Shown: positions 1 to 11,000, counted from the stretch's first letter. The stretch is DNA of 64,000 bases from an uncultured Lachnospiraceae bacterium (GCA_964367905.1 CAYIZP010000008.1:11596-75595), one strand, 5' to 3'. Notes: generated by a model not told the origin, from the letters alone. Numbers and translations are program-made.

Positions 1-377
1 AGCGAGCATCTGATTTGGTGTAATGTATCGATTAACTCTTGAATGACGATGGGCTTTAATAGATATCCTGTGACACGTAATGAAATCGCTCGTTTGGCAT
101 AGTCAAAATCTTCGAATCCACTCAATACGATGAACTTAGTGTTTGGAAATTCAACAGTTGCCTTTTCGATGAAGGTAAGTCCATCACAATGTGGCATACG
201 AATATCGGTCAACACAATATCTATGTTTTGGTGTGCTTGCATAAATGCAAGGGCTTCCAGGCCGTTGCAGGCAAAACCTGCGGGTTTGATGCCATAAGAT
301 TCCCAGTCTATTATATTACTTAACCCTTGTTGTATTACGGGTTCATCATCAACAATAAGTAAATTCAGTGTCTTCAT
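1..377 (-). CDS. Two-component response regulator, N-terminal receiver domain only (gene continues off the left edge); YesN/AraC-type likely
   Basis: Reverse-strand translation from the ATG (cat at 375-377) gives MKTLNLLIVDDEPVIQQGLSNIIDWESYGIKPAGFACNGLEALAFMQAHQNIDIVLTDIRMPHCDGLTFIEK...LSGFEDFDYAKRAI...GYLLKP. This is a CheY-like receiver with an acidic pair, a phospho-Asp in TDIRMP and a Lys in LLKP. It is absent from the ORF track because it has no stop inside the window. Confidence 0.85.
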   Translation of the reverse strand, partial: MKTLNLLIVDDEPVIQQGLSNIIDWESYGIKPAGFACNGLEALAFMQAHQNIDIVLTDIRMPHCDGLTFIEKATVEFPNTKFIVLSGFEDFDYAKRAISLRVTGYLLKPIVIQELIDTLHQIRCS

Positions 378-458
378 TTCGTATGACTTCCTTTCAATCG
401 ATTACAAGCGCGTGCCCTAGCGTTTGGCTTATAGTTGTTAATCAGTATAACATCTAAT

Positions 459-497
459 GTGAAAAAATGATACTATGAATGAGAAAATGACATTGTC
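459..497. promoter_or_regulatory. Candidate operator (copy 1) with two direct half-sites AAAATGA(T/C)A about 21 nt apart, upstream of the GH95 gene
   Basis: gtgaaaaaatgatactatgaatgagaaaatgacattgtc matches the element at 2791-2829 at 31 of 39 positions by hand count. A TAAAAT -10-like hexamer lies at 505-510. Confidence 0.5.
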
Positions 498-556
498 ATT
501 CTGCTAAAATGGAATAGAATAAGCATAGTAAACATAGAGAAGAGAGGAAGTAGAGG

Positions 557-2794
557 ATGAAAAAGAATGTGATATGGTATCAGAAGCCTGCAAAGGATTT
601 TACAGAAGCGATTCCATTTGGGAATGGAAGTTTTGGTGGAATGATATATGGGGGAGTAGAAACGGAAAAAATCTCCTTAAACAGTGATACTCTTTGGTCT
701 GGAACAGGTATAAAACAAGAAAATTGCGTCGAAAGAAAACACTTAGAGCACGTAAGAGAATTAGTAGAAGCAGAAAAGTGCAGTGAAGCAGGAGCGTATA
801 TAAAGGAGAATATGTTAGGTTTCTTTTATGAATCCTATATGCCGATGGGGAGTTTGTTGATTAAGCAATTAGGCGGCGAAGAGGTGAAGAATTATGCTCG
901 TCGGCTTGATATGAATGTTGGTATTGTATCAAGCGAGTTCACACGGGACGAGATTGTGTATCGAAAAGAACTATTCTCTTCCTATGTAGATGGTCTTATC
1001 ATGATGAGGTACTCGGCTAGCGAAAATGGGGCATTGCATTTGGAGTTTGGATTTGATTCGGAACTGAAGCATGTCTGTATGGCAGAAGAGAGACGATTGG
1101 TAATTCAAGGAGAATGTCCAAGTCACGTTGAACCGACCTATGTGAATAGTGAAAATCCCATTCAATATGATTCGGAAAACAAGGGAATTCAGTTTGTGAC
1201 TGTTGCATCAGTGGTAGATACGGATGGACAATGCAGTATGAGAGAAGGGAAAGTAATTCTTGAGTCAGCATCCTATTGTGTGATTGCTATTGTGACAGAA
1301 AATGGGTTCAAAAAGTATAATTTGCCGTTGAATACTGATGTGGAAGCGATGAGGGGGCACTGTATCGATAAGTTATCCACTATCGAGGCCTATTCAGTCA
1401 TGAAAGAAAATCACAGGAAGGATTATCAGAAATTATTTGACCGTATGGATATGAGTTTGGGAGGCAGCAATCTAGAGCATTTGCCAACCGACGAGAGACT
1501 CCAGCGATTAAGGGATGGAGGAAGTGATAATGGACTGTATGCATTATACTTTCAATTTGGTAGATATCTGATGATCTCTAGCTCTCGTGAGGGGAGTCAA
1601 GCAATCAATCTGCAAGGGATTTGGAATGAGGATATACGACCAGCGTGGTGTAGCAACTATACGACAAATATTAATACACAGATGAATTACTGGCCAGTGA
1701 ATAGTGCGAATTTATCCGAGTGTGAGGAGCCACTAATTACCATGCTAGAGGAGCTGAGCGAACAAGGTCGATGGGCGGCACGAAACCAATTTCACTGTAG
1801 GGGGTGGGTGACGAATCATAATGTAGACCTATGGAGACAAGCGGCTCCGGTAGGTGGGAACGCGCATTATGCATATTGGCCGATGGGTGGAGTGTGGCTT
1901 GCCACACATGCATATATGCATTATGAATACACGCAAGATCAGCAGTATTTATCAGAAAAGGGATATGCAATTATGAAAGGTGCGGTGGAGTTTTGTTTGG
2001 ATTGGTTATACGAGGATCAGGATGGGAGATTGCAAACTTGCCCATCGACGTCTCCCGAGAACACTTTTTATGATCCAAATGATGTTGGCAAGGTGGCAGG
2101 TGTTGGCAAAAGTTGTGCCTCGGATATCGCTATCATGAAACATCTGCTTGATAGCTTTGTGAAGGCAAGTGAGCTTCTAGGTAAAGATGTTGAAATGAGA
2201 AAAAGAGTAGAAGCAGTGTCCAGTTGTTTGCCTCAATATAAAGTGGGGAAAGATGGATGCTTGCAGGAATGGAATCAGGATTATGAAGAAGTGGATAAAG
2301 GGCATAGACACTTTTCACCGCTGTATGGAGTGTATCCAGGAAATTCTATCCGAGAGGAACATCAAGAAATCATGAAGGCAGCACACAACTTAATACGAAA
2401 AAGGCTGGCCAATGGTGGCGGGCATACGGGATGGAGTTGTGCATGGTTGATTGCATTGTTTGCGAGGCTAAAGGATAGAGAGGGGGCAGCATATTACCTC
2501 AATCAGTTATTGACAAAATCCACCTATGACAATTTGTTTGACTTGCATCCACCACTTGGAAATGGAAAGGAAGTGTTTCAGATTGATGGGAATTTTGGAG
2601 GGGTAGCTGGGATTATAGAGATGCTCGCGCAGAATCAAAATGGAGAGATAGAATTCCTGCCCTGTATTCCAGAAGGTTGGTCTGAGGGAAGTGTGAGAGG
2701 GTTGAAATTAAGAGGTGGTATCGAGGTGTCTTTTTCATGGAAAGATCATAGAGTGCGTGAGCAGACGATAGAAGTGAAAATGGAAAACAAGTGA
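557..2794 (+). CDS. Glycoside hydrolase family 95 (alpha-L-fucosidase / alpha-L-galactosidase type), cytoplasmic
   Basis: 745-aa ORF. The N-terminus (WYQKPAKDFTEAIPFGNGSFGGMIYGGVETEKISLNSDTLWSG) is the typical GH95 N-terminal signature. No signal peptide. RBS gaggaagtagagg precedes the ATG. Confidence 0.8.
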   Translation: MKKNVIWYQKPAKDFTEAIPFGNGSFGGMIYGGVETEKISLNSDTLWSGTGIKQENCVERKHLEHVRELVEAEKCSEAGAYIKENMLGFFYESYMPMGSLLIKQLGGEEVKNYARRLDMNVGIVSSEFTRDEIVYRKELFSSYVDGLIMMRYSASENGALHLEFGFDSELKHVCMAEERRLVIQGECPSHVEPTYVNSENPIQYDSENKGIQFVTVASVVDTDGQCSMREGKVILESASYCVIAIVTENGFKKYNLPLNTDVEAMRGHCIDKLSTIEAYSVMKENHRKDYQKLFDRMDMSLGGSNLEHLPTDERLQRLRDGGSDNGLYALYFQFGRYLMISSSREGSQAINLQGIWNEDIRPAWCSNYTTNINTQMNYWPVNSANLSECEEPLITMLEELSEQGRWAARNQFHCRGWVTNHNVDLWRQAAPVGGNAHYAYWPMGGVWLATHAYMHYEYTQDQQYLSEKGYAIMKGAVEFCLDWLYEDQDGRLQTCPSTSPENTFYDPNDVGKVAGVGKSCASDIAIMKHLLDSFVKASELLGKDVEMRKRVEAVSSCLPQYKVGKDGCLQEWNQDYEEVDKGHRHFSPLYGVYPGNSIREEHQEIMKAAHNLIRKRLANGGGHTGWSCAWLIALFARLKDREGAAYYLNQLLTKSTYDNLFDLHPPLGNGKEVFQIDGNFGGVAGIIEMLAQNQNGEIEFLPCIPEGWSEGSVRGLKLRGGIEVSFSWKDHRVREQTIEVKMENK

Positions 2795-2829
2795 AGAAAT
2801 GATACTAGAACTGAAAAAATGACATATTA
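2791..2829. promoter_or_regulatory. Candidate operator (copy 2) upstream of the ABC solute-binding protein gene
   Basis: gtgaagaaatgatactagaactgaaaaaatgacatatta has the same 39-nt architecture as 459-497. It overlaps the GH95 stop codon. Confidence 0.5.
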
Positions 2830-2888
2830 AGGGTAAAAGAAATACGATATGATAGGGTCACAAAATAAAGGTAAGGAGAGAAAGTAGT

Positions 2889-4328
2889 ATGAGAAAAAAC
2901 AAATTAATGGCACTAGGATTAGTTGCAGCTATGGCAATTGGTACACTTGCTGGGTGTAGTGCGGCAGAGGCACCAGCAACAGAGGAAACAGAAGGTGCGG
3001 CAGAAGAAACTGTCGAGGAGCCAGCAGAGGAAGCGGAAAGCGGTGAAAAAACCAAAGTTTTAGTATGGTCAGGAAATAGCCATGATTCTGAGTATATGAA
3101 TGAAATGGTAGCAAAGTTTAATGAAGAAAACACAGATGGAATCGAAATTGAGTATGTAGTTACAACAGATAACTATGTAAACATGATTCAAATGGGAATC
3201 CAATCAGATCAAGCACCAGATATCTTTAATATGGGACCGTCTAACAAAGATTTTGATTTAAAGTCATTTGTTGACGCGGGAATGCTTTTACCAGTTGATG
3301 AATATATGAGCGATGACTTTAAAGCGACATACGATTTAGAGAAGCTAGCATATCCAAATGTAAATACAATTGATGGTACATTCTACTATGTTCCAACAGC
3401 TCAACGTTCAGGTATGCGATTGATCTACAACAAAGAGTTATTTGAGTTAGCTGGAATTGAAAATCCACCTACAACTTTAGAAGAGATGGTTGATGCGGCT
3501 GCTAAAGTGACAGAAGTTGGAGAAGGAACAAAATTCGGTATTGGACATCCAGGTTTGAGTTCACCAATGGTTCGTATCATGGAACCAATGGCAGAGATGA
3601 GTGGAATTCTTCCATATAATTATGTAGATGGAAAGTTTGATTTTACAGGGTACAAGCCAATTATCGAAGGTGTTCGTCAAATGTTTGATGATGGAAGCAC
3701 ACTTCCAGGTGTTACTAGTATGAAGATTGACCCATTACGTGTACAGTTTTCTGAAGGAAATGTTGGTATGTATGGAAATGCTTCTCAAGAGGTTGGAGTA
3801 TTAACAGAACAATTCCCAGCTAAAATTGAGTGGGCTGTGGCTGAGATGCCTACATTGAATGGAGAAGTTGTTGGGGCACAAACAGCAGAACCTCAAAACG
3901 GATGGGTTATGACAAGTACATGTAAAAATCCAGAAGCAGCATGGAAAGTAGCAGAGTTCTTCTCTAGTGTTGAAGTAATGAAAGGTTATGTAGAAAAAGG
4001 ATATAGCTTATCTAACTCACAAGTAGTTATGGATCAAGTTGATCAATCGGCAATTGGAAAATTAGCAGAATTTGGAGTATATGATTATGAGGGATTCTAT
4101 CCTAAATATCCTGCAGTTACACCAGAAGGTAAAGTGTGGCAAGAAGTAGTTTGGACATTATGCTCTGATTCGACACTTGATATAGACTCTACACTTACAG
4201 AATTAACAGATGCGTATAATACAGCTCTTGACAAGGATGTAGAGATGGGTAAGGTTACACGTTTAGTAATCAAAGATTTTGACCCTATGAAACCAGGTGC
4301 GGGCACTTTTGAATATTTAACAAAGTAG
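2889..4328 (+). CDS. ABC sugar transporter, extracellular solute-binding lipoprotein
   Basis: 479 aa. Signal peptide plus lipobox (LAGC at residues ~20-23), followed by an acidic Glu/Ala/Thr linker and a family-1 solute-binding-protein-like body. Two permease genes follow. Confidence 0.85.
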   Translation: MRKNKLMALGLVAAMAIGTLAGCSAAEAPATEETEGAAEETVEEPAEEAESGEKTKVLVWSGNSHDSEYMNEMVAKFNEENTDGIEIEYVVTTDNYVNMIQMGIQSDQAPDIFNMGPSNKDFDLKSFVDAGMLLPVDEYMSDDFKATYDLEKLAYPNVNTIDGTFYYVPTAQRSGMRLIYNKELFELAGIENPPTTLEEMVDAAAKVTEVGEGTKFGIGHPGLSSPMVRIMEPMAEMSGILPYNYVDGKFDFTGYKPIIEGVRQMFDDGSTLPGVTSMKIDPLRVQFSEGNVGMYGNASQEVGVLTEQFPAKIEWAVAEMPTLNGEVVGAQTAEPQNGWVMTSTCKNPEAAWKVAEFFSSVEVMKGYVEKGYSLSNSQVVMDQVDQSAIGKLAEFGVYDYEGFYPKYPAVTPEGKVWQEVVWTLCSDSTLDIDSTLTELTDAYNTALDKDVEMGKVTRLVIKDFDPMKPGAGTFEYLTK

Positions 4329-4345
4329 TGATGGGTTGAATACCT

Positions 4346-4373
4346 AAAGGCACCATATATATGGTGCCTTTTT
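4346..4373 (+). terminator. Intrinsic terminator/attenuator hairpin after the solute-binding protein gene
   Basis: GGCACCATAT/ATATGGTGCC forms a perfect 10-bp stem (4349-4368), followed by TTTTT. Confidence 0.75.
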
Positions 4374-4444
4374 AAATACATAGAAATGTTGTGATCGAAT
4401 TAGGATTCAACAGAACTATAAGAATTAATATGAGGAGATTCGAG

Positions 4445-5371
4445 ATGAAAAAAACAAAACGTTCCGTGGTGGTAAATGGTACAAAGCAAGGCTGGAATAT
4501 ACAAGTGTTTCTAATGATGATAGCATCGATTGTCTTATTTCTTGCAGTTTCTGTTTATCCTTTTATATGGCTAACGAAATATGTGTTTTATGATTACAAT
4601 GGATTTGTAAGTTACTTTATAGGTTTTGATAACTTTACAAGATTAATAGGAGATGAAATTTTTTGGAAAAGCGTGCTACATACCTTTGAATATGCTGGAT
4701 TAAAATTATTGTTTATCATGCCACTTTCTTTAGCAGTTGCAATTTTTCTAAATGGAAAACTTAAAGGAAAAAATTTATTTAGAATGATATTTTTCGTTCC
4801 AACTGTAATTAGTGCTGCAGTATATAGTTTAATCTTTTTCTTTATCTATAGCCCATACAATGGGATTTTAAATGGGGTGTTAATGAATTTTGGTCTTACC
4901 CAAGAGGCCATCGACTGGCTAGGAAATCCAAGTTTGTCTATGATGAGTATTATTGTTGTTGCTGTTTGGGGTGGATTTGGTAATTATATGATACTGTTTT
5001 TGGCTGGATTACAGAGTATCCCACAGGATGTGTATGAGAGTGCGTCTATTGATGGTGCAAATAGGATGCAGAAATTTAGCCATGTTACCTTACCACTATT
5101 AGGTCCAATCATTAAGGTTGTTCTATTACTAGCAATTACAACGGCATTTAAGGACTATGAAAGTATCATGGTTTTAACTGGCGGAGGACCGCAAGACAGA
5201 ACAAATGTTATGTTCCTATATGTTTATCAATTGATGTTTGGAAATTCTGACACCGTAGGACAGCTTCAAGTTGGTTATGGTGCTACGGTTGGATTAGTAT
5301 CAGCGTTGATAATTGCGATAGTTACTGGAATATATTTAAAGCTAAGCAAAAAACTAGATGATATAGATTAG
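4445..5371 (+). CDS. ABC sugar transporter permease (MalF/UgpA-like)
   Basis: The ORF opens at 4391, but ATG 4445 follows RBS GAGGAGA (4432-4438). Multi-TM protein with an EAA-type loop (ESASIDGANRMQKFSHVTLPLL). Confidence 0.85.
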   Translation: MKKTKRSVVVNGTKQGWNIQVFLMMIASIVLFLAVSVYPFIWLTKYVFYDYNGFVSYFIGFDNFTRLIGDEIFWKSVLHTFEYAGLKLLFIMPLSLAVAIFLNGKLKGKNLFRMIFFVPTVISAAVYSLIFFFIYSPYNGILNGVLMNFGLTQEAIDWLGNPSLSMMSIIVVAVWGGFGNYMILFLAGLQSIPQDVYESASIDGANRMQKFSHVTLPLLGPIIKVVLLLAITTAFKDYESIMVLTGGGPQDRTNVMFLYVYQLMFGNSDTVGQLQVGYGATVGLVSALIIAIVTGIYLKLSKKLDDID

Positions 5372-5390
5372 AGAAAGAGGGAATATAGCA

Positions 5391-6257
5391 ATGAAAATAA
5401 AAATGCAATCAAAAAGTATGAATGAAAGAATTGCAAATATTGTGATATATGTTTTTTTGGTTATTTTGACAATATTTACCGTATATCCGATTTTATATGT
5501 GGTATTTGGTTCTTTTAAGACAAATCAAGAATTAGTAGCAGGTGGAATTAATTTACTACCAGAAGTATTTAGTTTCCAAAACTATATAGATGCATGGCAA
5601 ATGGCTAACTTCGGAAGGTATACAATCAATAGTATTTTCTTAAGTTCAATGGTAATGATAGGTGTAGTGTTGATTTCTAGTATGGTAGGTTATTGTTTTG
5701 CTAGAAGAGATTTTAAAGGTAAGAATTTAATCTATAGTTTATTAGTTGCATTTATGTTTGTAAATGTAGGGAGTATGGCACTTCGTCCGCTCTTTGAATT
5801 ATCAATTGAACTGAATATGCATCAATCGATTTGGTCGGTTATCCTCATTGTAATCGGGACAAATCAAGCAACAAATATATTCTTAGTACGTGGATACATG
5901 CAGAGTATTCCGAGGGAACTGGATGAAGCAGCAATTATTGATGGTTGTAGTTTTTTCCAGATTTACTACAAGATAATTTTACCAGTATTAAAGCCAGTTC
6001 TTGCAACAGTGGCACTATTATCGTTTCGTGGTGCATGGAATGAATATATTTTGCCAAATGTATTTACAATGTCCAATCCAGATATGCGACCGCTGACAGC
6101 AGGGGTTATAGCACTACGTTCTACAGGTGATGGGGCAGCAGCATGGAATATTATGTTCGCAGGATCAGCAATGAGTATTGTCCCTATTATTATCTTGTAT
6201 TTATGTACCAGTAGATACTTTATGAGTGGATTAACTGTAGGTGCAGTAAAAGGATAG
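5391..6257 (+). CDS. ABC sugar transporter permease (MalG/UgpE-like)
   Basis: 288 aa, 6 predicted TM segments, EAA loop (DEAAIIDGCSFFQIYYKIILPVLKP). Confidence 0.85.
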   Translation: MKIKMQSKSMNERIANIVIYVFLVILTIFTVYPILYVVFGSFKTNQELVAGGINLLPEVFSFQNYIDAWQMANFGRYTINSIFLSSMVMIGVVLISSMVGYCFARRDFKGKNLIYSLLVAFMFVNVGSMALRPLFELSIELNMHQSIWSVILIVIGTNQATNIFLVRGYMQSIPRELDEAAIIDGCSFFQIYYKIILPVLKPVLATVALLSFRGAWNEYILPNVFTMSNPDMRPLTAGVIALRSTGDGAAAWNIMFAGSAMSIVPIIILYLCTSRYFMSGLTVGAVKG

Positions 6258-6305
6258 AGCATAGAATTAAATAGTATGTAAAGAGTTATTATTATGGAGG
6301 AAAAA

Positions 6306-8006
6306 ATGAAGGAAAGATATAAAAAGTATGATTTAAAAGGAAATATGGAATTGGCATTAAACTATCTAGAACAGATGGTAGATAAGGATCAGGACTTCCT
6401 TCCATATTGGCTAGTTGTACCACACGGAATTCCAGCTTATGCAAAACATTGTAGAGTGGATGATGCGGAATTGGTAGCATCATGGTATGAAGCAGTCGTG
6501 GCGGCACAAGATGTATTGGGGGCTGGAAAAGGAGAGGAAGTAAAACAAGGATTTTACAGACACCTGATGAAATCATGGGGAGCAGATGGGCTTAGGTATC
6601 ATGAAAAATATCCATGGACACATACGATGCATAGTTCGTTCCATGAGATGGGCTATGTATTGTCAGCGCTTAATAGAATCATTTTGAATCAACCAAATAA
6701 TGAAGAAGTGCTAGAAAAGGGTAAAAACCTAGTAAAAGCTATGAGAGATCTGGTAATCCAACGCAAGAGACGTACTTTTTGGTCGGGTGACTTCTACGAG
6801 GAAGCGCCAATCTATGAGTTTCCGAATGATGTGTATCTGCAAGAGGGTGGATTTGAACTAGAATGTCACACGGGACGCGGAGAGCAACCAATTAGAAATG
6901 GGGTTATATTACAACCGTTGGTTGTGTTTTGGGAACTGACAGGAGACGAAGTAGCCCTTGACTTGGCGCAAGGAATCGCGAATCACTTAATTGGAGCATC
7001 TAAGTTTTTTAACTATAAGATGGAGTTTTTCGGACATGTACATTCGGTTGCGTGGATTGCAATCGGGATGATTCGATTGGGGAGATTGACCAATAATGAA
7101 ACATACCTAAGCAAAGGGAAGAAGATTTTTGATTATATCGTCTCTATTTCCTCATCTTTTGGGTGGGTTCCAGAGTATGCACAATTACATGATCCAGCTG
7201 AGGAATTCTGCGAAACATGTTGTATCAAGGACATGGTAGAGGGAGCAAAGGAATTGATTGATGCAGGATATGAAGAATACTACGAGCTCATCGATAAATA
7301 TGCTAGGAATATGTTAGATGAAAATCAATTGAAGGATGGAACATTTGCCCCAGTTGATGCTACTGCAGTGGATACACAGGACACGACATATACCAATATT
7401 TCAGAGAGGATTGTAGGTGGATTTACAGGAGGTTCCGAACCAGGGTCTATATCGATTACAAAATTCCGTTCCTTGGCAGGCTGTTGTGCGGGAACTGGAC
7501 CACAAGCACTGCAAATTATTTGGAACACGGTGGTAGAGAAGAAAGAGGATGAATTAACCATCAATCTTCCAATGGATATCACATTAGACGATGTAGTTCA
7601 GGTTGAAACATTTTATCCAAATGAAGGAAAAATGGTTATTGTTCCAGCACAGACAAGCAGCATCAAGGTTCGAGTGTTTGATTGGATGAAAAATGGTTTG
7701 AGAGTATTGGTGAATGGAATAGAAGTCGAGGAAGTCTGTGTGGAAAATAATATGATAATTGTAGGGTCGGTAGAGGCTGACTGTACTTGCGAAATCATAC
7801 ATCAGCTAGAGACCATAGAGAAAAAAGAGATGATAAGAGGGCGTGAATATACTGTCACATGGAGGGGAAGCGATGTGGTGGAATTATCGCCAAAAGCAGA
7901 GCACATTAGATTATTTCAACGAGATTTAAGTATTCCAAGATATTACCCAACGCCAGAGGATATTCAGAATCCAAATGCGGAAGTAGTTGCAGTTCCTACG
8001 GCGTAG
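6306..8006 (+). CDS. Cytoplasmic GH127/DUF1680-like putative cysteine glycosidase ((alpha/alpha)6-barrel plus beta-sandwich); assignment tentative
   Basis: The ORF opens at 6294; ATG 6306 follows GGAGG (6296-6300). Residues (numbered from 6294) E294, E307-T308-C309 and C397-C398 reproduce the E...ExC...CC Zn/nucleophile pattern I recall for B. longum HypBA1 (E322, E338, C340, C417, C418). No signal peptide. Confidence 0.4.
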   Translation: MKERYKKYDLKGNMELALNYLEQMVDKDQDFLPYWLVVPHGIPAYAKHCRVDDAELVASWYEAVVAAQDVLGAGKGEEVKQGFYRHLMKSWGADGLRYHEKYPWTHTMHSSFHEMGYVLSALNRIILNQPNNEEVLEKGKNLVKAMRDLVIQRKRRTFWSGDFYEEAPIYEFPNDVYLQEGGFELECHTGRGEQPIRNGVILQPLVVFWELTGDEVALDLAQGIANHLIGASKFFNYKMEFFGHVHSVAWIAIGMIRLGRLTNNETYLSKGKKIFDYIVSISSSFGWVPEYAQLHDPAEEFCETCCIKDMVEGAKELIDAGYEEYYELIDKYARNMLDENQLKDGTFAPVDATAVDTQDTTYTNISERIVGGFTGGSEPGSISITKFRSLAGCCAGTGPQALQIIWNTVVEKKEDELTINLPMDITLDDVVQVETFYPNEGKMVIVPAQTSSIKVRVFDWMKNGLRVLVNGIEVEEVCVENNMIIVGSVEADCTCEIIHQLETIEKKEMIRGREYTVTWRGSDVVELSPKAEHIRLFQRDLSIPRYYPTPEDIQNPNAEVVAVPTA

Positions 8007-8025
8007 ATATGACAAGGAGAAGGAA

Positions 8026-11000
8026 ATGAGAGAGAGAAGAAAATGGAAAGTAGTATGGGTTTTAATCGCTTTTAGCATGATCTTTAGCGAGTTCAGTATG
8101 CCACTAGGAGCAGTTCAAGCGGCGCCAGAGGGTCCACAAGCAGCACCAGAAGACCCTAAAACTTCAATCGAAGTTGTCAGTGAAAGTTCCACACCAACTA
8201 TTTATGTAGATGATAATAGTGATGTGGCGGTTTTAAAAGCGGTAGAAAATTTGCAACAAGATATTGACCGAGTAACTACAAGAACAGTAGAGCCTCCAAT
8301 TGTGCATGATGAATTACAACTTAATTCGTCAACGGGAACCAAGATTATTGTAGGTACAATAGGACAAAGTAAAGTCATAGATGAAATGATTGCAGCTGAC
8401 AAAATCGACAGTGCCCTGCTCTCCAATATAAAGGGGGCAGGTAAATGGAGCGATAAGGGTAAGTGGGAGTCATCGATTCGAGTTGTCGTGGATGGGCAAA
8501 TTGTGATTATAGGAAGTGACCCTCGAGGGACAATCTATGGTATCTATGATTTGTCTGAGGAACTTGGTGTGTCTCCATGGTATTTTTGGGCAGATGTTAC
8601 ACCAGAGAAAAAATCAAGTGTTGTGATTGATTCTTCTGATTATGTGAGATATGAACCAGATGTTCAATATCGAAGCATGTATATTAATGATGAGGTAAAC
8701 TTAGTACTTTGGTCTAGAGAGATTGATCCCGAGTATAGTATCGGACCGGAGACATATAAACTAATGTATGAGTTGATGGGACGCTTAAATTTGAACTTTT
8801 TGAAACCAGCATCTCATCCATATTCTAGTGTGTTTATAAATCCACCAGATCTTCCAGAGGGAGCAGATCCGTTACAAAATATAAAAAACGCAGATGAATA
8901 TGCGATTGTCATCGGATCACCAGCGCCAATGTTTAGAAATAATCTAGGAGAGTGGCCACCATTTGCCGAGGCGTGGGAAGAGGAGCATGGATATAAACCA
9001 GAATTTAACTATGGATATGAAAAGAACAGAGAAGCCATAGAAGCTTATTGGGAAGAAATGGTGATTGCGCTAAAGGATTATGAAGTTGTATGGTCATTGG
9101 GGATGAGAGGGCTTAGTGATGGAGCAATTATGACGCCGCCAGGATATACGAATGAGATGAAGGCGGATCTAGTCACCGAAGTAGTGTCTAAGCAGCAGGA
9201 GATGTTAGCAAAGCATATTAATGGGGATACAGATTTTACAGATGGATACGATACAGAGGGGATTTTCCAAACATTTGAAGTATACAAAGAAGTTCTGGAT
9301 ATTTATAATGCTGGTTTAAAGGATACATTGCCAGAAGAAGCTGCAATTATATGGTCAGAGGATAATCATGGAAACATCAGACAATTTCCAAATGAGGAGG
9401 AACAAGCGAGAAGTGGTGGAAACACATTGTACTATCATCTATCCTACTACGGATCGCCAAAATCCTATATATGGCTATATACCACTCCACTGAGTAAGGT
9501 AGGATCAGAGCTTGATCGAGCATATGCCAATGGAATCCAAAAGGCATGGATATTCAATGTTGGAGACATTAAGCCAGCGGAGTTAGCGATCGACTATGCT
9601 GTGAATAAAGCATGGGATGTAGATGGGCTGAGTGCAAATAAGACAGATGAGTTTGTGAACCAGTGGATGAGTGATGTTTTTGGCACTCAGCATGGCGAAG
9701 AACTTGCTGATATTATAGAAACTTCGTATCAGTTAGCAATTGCGAGGAGGCCAGAATTTTTAGGAACTAATCTATTCGATCCAGTGAACTTTGGAGACGA
9801 GTGGACGCAAAGAATGAAAGATTATGAGAACCTATATTTAAGCGTGAATGCTTTATATGATGAAGCATTTAAAGGGGAAGAATTAGATGATGCATTCTAC
9901 CAACTGGTTGTATATCCGATTAGAAGTGCTTATCATGTAAATAGTAAGTGGTATTATACGGATATGTATAATTTGTACAAAGAGCAAGGTCGTGGAGTTG
10001 CAACAAACTATATGGCAAGCATGGCAGTACAAGCTCAAGAGAATGAATATGCGGAAACAGAGTACTATAACAAAACCATGAGTGATGGAAAGTGGGATAA
10101 GATTATGAACCCATATCCGCCGAATATTGGTCTATATATTCCGTCAACTCCAAGGATTCCTACCTTGACACCGATTGCCATAACGGAAGAAACAGATATC
10201 GGTGTAGTTGTTGAAGGGACAAGAGTTGCCGCGGAGACACAGACAGTAGAATTTTCGAGTATTACGCAAGATGCACGATTTATTGACGTGTTTTCAAAAG
10301 GTATAGACACTGTTAATTGGAGTGCCCAAGTTAGTGCAGAGTGGATTAACTTAACGAAAACAAGTGGCATTACAAGCAGTGAGAGAGTTTGGGCTTCTGT
10401 TGATTGGGATAAGATTCCTGGCGGAAATCAGACTGGGACGATTACATTTACCTGTGAAGAGACAGAGTCAGAGATTGTAGTAAATATTGAGGCAGAGAAT
10501 ACAAGGAACAAAGCGGACTACACAGGTTATGTCGAAGCGAATGGATATATTTCTATTGAAGCAGAAAACTTTGATAAGAAAATTGAGCGTTCAGGATATG
10601 AGTGGGTAACTTACGAAGATTTAGGGCGAAGCAATCATGCCATGATGACTTATCCGACTGTTGGAGATAGAATTACAACGGACATAGCGAACAAAGCTCC
10701 AGAACTTCAGTATGAAATCAATGTAAATGCTGCGGGAGAATATGATATTACATTCTATCGCATGCCAACACTGGATGGAAGTGCAGTGCGTTTGGCATAT
10801 GCCTTAAATGATGGCGAACCTCAAATTATCTCAGGTGACCACAATGTAGGCGGCGATTGGAGTAAAAATGTTTTAGAGGGTATAGAGAAATTAACAGCTA
10901 AGATCAATGTACCAACAGAAGGGAAACACACTCTGAAAGTATGGATGGTAGATCCAGCTGTAAGTTTTGACCAGATTGTAATTGAGACAGAGGAAAATGT

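Noticed and set aside
7987-8025. The upstream extension of GH115 paralog 1 (MQFLRRRYDKEKE...), which overlaps the preceding gene by 20 nt.
   Set aside because: ATG 8026 is preceded by a good RBS and begins a canonical signal peptide (MRERRKWKVVWVLIAFSMIF). The extension has no RBS. Similar reasoning moved the starts at 4445, 6306, 21758, 25812, 26164, 34104, 41363, 46089, 46768, 48550 and 61403.
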